Assembly: GCA_051294905.1 (NCBI GenBank)
Contig: CM119381.1
Coordinates: forward strand, 9,858,001-9,922,000
Direction: 5' to 3'
From: Botryllus schlosseri
Lineage: Eukaryota
DNA length: 64,000 bases
The notes below the pieces were generated by a model. The model made no database searches, was not told where the DNA came from, and was given only the letters and a program-made list of their open reading frames with translations. Both the position numbers and the translations under genes were made by a program. Below are positions 58,566-64,000 of the stretch, in pieces (position 1 is the stretch's first letter; the number at the start of each line of letters is the position of its first letter).

Positions 58566-60684
58566 GGGGAGACCGGGGTTAGTTGTTACGATTTTGCCCA
58601 TTTTCGGCCTCACGGCTTTTCTACTCGTCCTGCGCAAATGATTTTGTTACACTGTCTACACTGATCATCCACTTACTTTTACAAAGTAGAATGGAACTTC
58701 AAGCTCTTATACGTTTGGAAATATTTGCATTTTAAACAGGTGAGTCTTCTGTCATAACTTGCCCCGAGATAGGGGCAAGTTGTGACTGGAGAGGAGGCAG
58801 GTTGTTACATTGAAATTGTCAGCTGAAAACTCTATATCCATAATAAAAGCATTGTTGTAACCATGTGTATTGAAAACGAAATGAAAGAAAAATCAAACGA
58901 AACAGCAAAATATGAAAAGAAGTCATTCAGTCCTTGCAAAAATCACACACGTAGGGTGTAGAGCGATCACTGCATGCTTCATGCGCCCCTTTTGACATCC
59001 ATTGCATTTGACCCATACTTCGTCAGACCTAGAGTTGTCATATGTGTCATGGCACAGTAGGCAATGATTGTTACTAGCATCTGTGTTTGTTTCGTCAGTG
59101 AAAGCTAGGTTTCTTTTTGTTGCTTTTTTTGTTATTTTCTTTTTGTCAATCTTAGAATTTTTTGCTTCCTTCGCCAAGTGCTCCTCTTGGAGGCGATGTC
59201 GTTCAGGAGTGCTTGTTAAGATGGAGGAGCGGCGCCTCTTTCTCCCACCAATTTTTTTCTGCCTGAGTGCGGCTTTGTTGAAAGTCCAAATCATCTCTGG
59301 TGTTGTCTTGATACCAGTGGGAAAACTAGGCACTGCATCCTCCATTGATCTTGGTGTACCAACTGCATTACTTGACGTTGCAGGCTCTTCAGAGTTTTCT
59401 GGTGCGCATGCCTTGCTGTTTGAAGTAGAAGTCTCTTCCGATTCTTCTGGTGCACTTACAGCGCTGCTTGAATCAGCAGAATTCTCATCAGTATTTGCTA
59501 TTTTTGGCATATTTTCCTCTTCTGGCATGGGTCTGTCGGTCGTGTAGCTTGGAAGAAATTCCTCATCTGCAAATACATTATCATTGAATGGGAATATCCC
59601 AGCCACTTGGAACCCTTTTTGAATGTTGGCTGGGGTTGTTGCCAATGGAAGCGCCTGCTTCACAATTTCAGGGATATCAAGCATTGTCATTGGACGACCC
59701 CGATTGGTCTTCAATAATGCCCCACAAGCAGCATTGTAGTACTTTTTGAAGGGTCCGTAAACACTCCTGTCCAGAGGCTGCAACTTATGGGAGCAATGAG
59801 GAGGAAACGACAGCAACACAACTCCACTATCTCTGCAGTAATCAATCACATGTATGGACGTATGCGAGTCATGATTATCAAGTAAAAGTAACACAGGATT
59901 TTCTTTTGTACATCGAACAACTTTGATAAAATCAATCACTCTTCTTGCAGCTTCTTCCATAACCATCATAGGTGTAGTGCCTCTTTTGGTCTTTTTTTTT
60001 GTAATGCCTCACCATAATCGCAGAGAATATATAGTTTAACAACAGAATTGATCTACAAGATAGGAGCAGGTTATTGAATACATTTTCATACGTAATTGCA
60101 GAAGAATCCAAGCTGTCTTCAACTTTTTCATCACTTACTCAGTGTGGTGTAGGTCTAGTGTGGCTTTTAATGTCACTGCACAAAGATTTTGGTTGAAATA
60201 ATGCTAACCCTATCAGGATGGATGAAATTTCATTAATAATAATGCTAATCACACATCATAAATATTCAAGCAAAGATTGAGGCTAGTTGTTACAACCGTA
60301 AAAATGTGCCCCCGCCGAATACGGCCTGTTTAAGCTTACTTGCCGCCTTACTTACCGTAACCAACAAACAGCACAAAGTCAACTGTGAAACTAAACTTCA
60401 GGTCGTCCCCTTTCTATCAATGTAAATTAAACATATATCGGTCGCACGCAACCACTGATGCACCAGCGACGCTTGATTAGTAAAAGTTTTACTTTATAGC
60501 CCTCAATATACCTTTTCCTGCATAAAACTTTTTGCAAGCACATTTCGCAAGCCAGGCTTCGTTGGAAGGTACTCTCCAACCAGCCGAGCAAACTGTGTAA
60601 AAATGGTGCGCCATCTCCCGGCAAAAAAACAAACCATTGATGCTGTAACAATGTTCCCCCGTAACAACTAACCCCGGTCTCCCC
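58566..60684 (-). mobile_element. pogo/Tigger-type Tc1-mariner DNA transposon, internally deleted, 2119 bp
   Basis: Perfect 25-bp TIRs GGGGAGACCGGGGTTAGTTGTTACG (58566-58590) and its reverse complement (60660-60684); TA on both flanks; DDE_1-type ORF inside. Confidence 0.93.
58923..60015 (-). pseudogene. pogo DDE transposase pseudogene with C-terminal PHD finger
   Basis: N-terminus MVRHYKKKTKRGTTP (ATG 60015) is out of frame by one base in an A9 run. An in-frame deletion joins EEAARRVI to DFIKVVRCTKENPVLLLLDNHDSH...FPPHCSHKLQPLDRSVYGPFK. A one-base frameshift falls inside the PHD finger. Confidence 0.85.
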
Positions 60685-60718
60685 TATTTATATTTTATTT
60701 TCAAATAGTAGATAGTAG

Positions 60719-61230
60719 ACTGCGGTCGTTGCCCCGAATATTTCAATGACTTCTTCACCTCTGAATCAAAAGCGCACAAGTACAACACACGCGGGTCCAC
60801 GTCGTCCAAATATCATATGATCGACCGAAAAGATCATCGCTCTATCAAATATGCCCGACCTGATGTGTGGAACAGTATCCCGCCGGCCATCCGATAGTCG
60901 ACGAGCATGTCCACATTCAAGTCGAAATACAAGCAATTACTACTAAATAAATACAGTCCATCCTCAAGATTACCGGACCACGACTGACCTATCGATCTCG
61001 CTTCCCATGACATGCCGCCCTATTTCTTGTCGCTTTCTTTTTCTATACTATCTTCTTTACTTTCATTCAGTGTGCATGCCTCCTCTTTACATCGCCTAGG
61101 CCAAGGTGGGTGTGAGATTCCATAGACTACTCCTTGTCGCTTCGACATCTTCCTGTCTTTTCATTGTATCGCATTTTTTGTGGTGTATTGAACTGATAAA
61201 ATTGCCAATAAACCAATGATGATGATGATG
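60719..61230 (+). mobile_element. 5'-truncated CR1/L2-type LINE: ORF2 C-terminus, 3' UTR and (GAT)n tail
   Basis: Translates CGRCPEYFNDFF...KYNTRG...VWNSIPPAIR*STSMSTFKSKYKQLLLNKY, a typical LINE ORF2 ending; possible 5-bp TSD AGTAG (60714-60718, 61231-61235). Clade assignment tentative. Confidence 0.8.
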
Positions 61231-61884
61231 AGTAGGTAGAAGCGTGTTTGAATCTAACATGGTTATGATATTGTCACCATTTTAGTGTTCTGGAACTGAA
61301 CCAAACGTGGAATTAGTAAATCTATGAACAGATCGCTGCTCACAGATTTAAATTTCAATCCTGTTCTAAGAATCGGCACAACCGACTTTCATCTCTATAG
61401 TTTTGACAAATTAGTCATTGAGGTCGACTAGCCTATGATATCTCGCCACTGTTTCTGTCGCGTGTACGATATCATCAAAGCATTGTTTGGTTTGTTTTAA
61501 ATAAGCTTATATATTATCTCTATGTGCTCACTATAATCAAATACCAATATTGCATTTTGGTTTATAATCCCAATTTTATATAGTGGCCCGCGAATGGATT
61601 CAGATGTTGAATGCGGCCCGCGAGCTCAAAAGTTTGCCCACCCCTGCTTTAGTCTGTTTGTGCAATGTGCGCAGTGTCCTACCGTAGGGCGAGCTCCAAG
61701 GGGGCCTAAAATTATTTTGTAGATTACCATAAATTTTAAAGTGTTTTTTAGATTATAGAACTTTTTAATATTTTCTTCGTGCGATTTATTGTCGTTAGCT
61801 GTCTTGATATTCCCCTCCCGAAGAAAAAAAATGCATAATTTATAGAGATGAGCATTTCGACGTTGGTCATTCCCGTGTCACAAC

Positions 61885-62056
61885 CAGAGGTGGTCAGTAA
61901 CGAAGTACTTCTACTTTTTCGAAGCTCTCAAGTAGTTTTCCTCTACTTCTGGTACTCAAGTATATTTGATTTTCGCTAGCCTACTTCTACTTCGTAATAT
62001 TTTGTGATTACTTACTTACATTTCGCTATTTTCAATTTGTCAAGTAGAAGTAGTTT
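61885..62056. repeat. Left half of the CTACTT MITE family
   Basis: Starts CAGAGGTGGTCAGTAACGAAGTACTTCTAC; end approximate. Confidence 0.65.
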
Positions 62057-63472
62057 AATCCTCCGATTAGGAAGATAGCCTGAGGAATTTCGGGGATGTT
62101 TTCACGAAGTATCTATATTTAATTTTCAAAAACGTTGGGTAAAGCCCAGAATTTTCGTCGCGCTTCGCGCTCAGTGGATACGGAGTAGCCAGTATTATTT
62201 CACGAAAGTAGGCCTATATAATTTATATAATATAGGTATCGGGTGGCGTGGTTCCGTTCACACCGCATTATCGCCGTTTGCCCATATGGAATATTTCATC
62301 ACAGTATGGCTAATCATAACGTTTGAAACTGGTGTTTCGCAATCTAGCATTTATACTCATCATATCGTATTCTAGCAGTCCATAGTGTGTCCTAATCTGG
62401 AAAAGTGGACTCTGACTCTTTTTTTAGCTGTAGGGCTGTTTTAGCATGCCACCTTTCAAACTTTCCTGGACTAGAGACACGAAATACGTTTTCCGCTTTT
62501 AGAGGTAGTAATTATATTTCAAATTCAATTCCCAGTATCATATAGATTGAGTTCTAATTAATATCAGCTCTTTTGTATGGATAACATGCATGTTGAATTA
62601 TAAAAGCAAGTGTAGTAATGCTTTTGAGTTTCGGAAATAAAGCTACGCAATATAGCATTGTTATGATCCACCATATTTTTTATTAACCTTTACCAATCGC
62701 GCAAAGTGATTACACCGTATCTCATTCAACTTCCCCGTATTGCTCTTCGACTGAAATACGGGCCATTACCGGGGCCGTAACAGCACTTCGTCAGCCCCCC
62801 AAAAAACTTTGGTCTTGGGCCCCCCATAGGGTTATGGACCGAACTTCTGGGGGGCTTCTTGGCTGAATCGGTCAGTATGATCGGGAATTGCATATATATT
62901 GTTATCAATTTTTATCTTCTCTCTGCTCACGTAGGCCTAATCAGATTTGTCGGTAGAGCTGAGTGATGTGTGTTTGAAAAGGTGGGACCACTCAATAATA
63001 ATTAAACATCATCGGGCGTATACTCGTTGGCAGGAACGAAACAGCACCCACCTCGTCAGGCCCCAAAAACGTGGGTCTTGGGCAGGGCTTTGGAGCCGGA
63101 GCGCCGGAGACGTGCATTTTCGTCGGGGCTCTACTTAAAATTCAGCCGGAGCCGGAGCTGGAGCCCGTTATTTGAGGAGTAGCTCCGGCTCCGACGAATT
63201 TCATAAGATGCTATGATATAGCCTATGCAACAACCACATCTGCTGATTGATCATAATTGAACAGCAGGCCAGAATTTTAGTGCTGTGCACAGCAATGACA
63301 AAGAGCAAAATGCGTTCTAGTGCAACAATGAGGTTATCGACAATTGACAAGTATTCATTATGGCGTCACTAGCCGGCACCTATGTCTTCGTTGCTACATC
63401 GGATGTTACTGACGGCTGACCGACTCTAGATTACATAGATAAACTATAACCTATGGGTAGATTAGTAATCTA

Positions 63473-63792
63473 TAGGGATGGTGTGAACCACCAAAAGGTT
63501 CAGGTTCGTGTGAACGCGAACCTTTTTGAAAGGTTCTGTGTGAACACGAACGTGAACCTCATGACGTCACGTGACGTCATATTGCTAATTCCAACCTTAC
63601 ATTTCAGTGATGTGATAGCCTATTTAAATGTACACGATACCTAGCGACGACTCGGGCCACACAATGCTGAAGTACATATTGACGTTTTAAACGTCGCCAA
63701 ATGTATCAACTGGGGTAATCAAATGATATAATAATCCCATAAAGTCGCTGTCTTCCGCTGCTTCCCAATAATTTCGAGGGGGACTTGCAAGG
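63473..63792. mobile_element. Left part of the TAGGGAT MITE family, interrupted by a LINE 3' end
   Basis: Colinear with 6655-7000 until the (CAT)n tail at about 63793. Confidence 0.8.
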
Positions 63793-64000
63793 TATCATCA
63801 TCATCATCATTGGTTTATTAGCAATTTTATCAGTTCAATACACCACAAAAATGCGATACAATGAAAAGACAGGAAGATGTCGAAGCGACAAGGAGTAGTC
63901 TATGGAATCTGACACCCACCTTGGCCTAGGCGATGTAAAGAGGAGGCATGCACACTGAATGAAAGTAAAGAAGATAGTATAGAAAAAGAATGCGACAAGA
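63793..64000 (-). mobile_element. LINE 3' end, near-identical to 61024-61230, runs off the window
   Basis: About 4 differences over about 207 bp by eye; (CAT)n tail. Confidence 0.88.

Overview
Eukaryotic (animal, invertebrate-like; taxon not determinable, gene architecture is compatible with a tunicate) genomic window with seven housekeeping genes reconstructed by hand: intronless ACADM-like (+), intronless XXYLT1 (+), 22-coding-exon ninein/NINL (+), 10-exon PSMC1 (+, last intron GC-AG), intronless FMC1 (-), intronless RBM22 (-) and 11-exon ERLEC1 (+). Introns and intergenic DNA are crowded with non-autonomous hAT MITEs (8-bp TSDs, two nested pairs), CR1/L2-type LINE 3' ends and a 2.1-kb pogo element whose decayed transposase carries a C-terminal PHD finger. 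Main leads: (1) the ACADM copy has Asp in place of the catalytic Glu376 plus changes at the cavity floor; (2) splice-acceptor-like sites just upstream of five start codons and a single-exon-upstream XXYLT1-NINL tandem suggest SL trans-splicing and an operon; (3) a probable hAT excision footprint; (4) a covarying stem in LINE 3' UTRs; (5) an 83-bp hairpin in a PSMC1 intron. Protein identities come from my recall of family sequences, not database searches.
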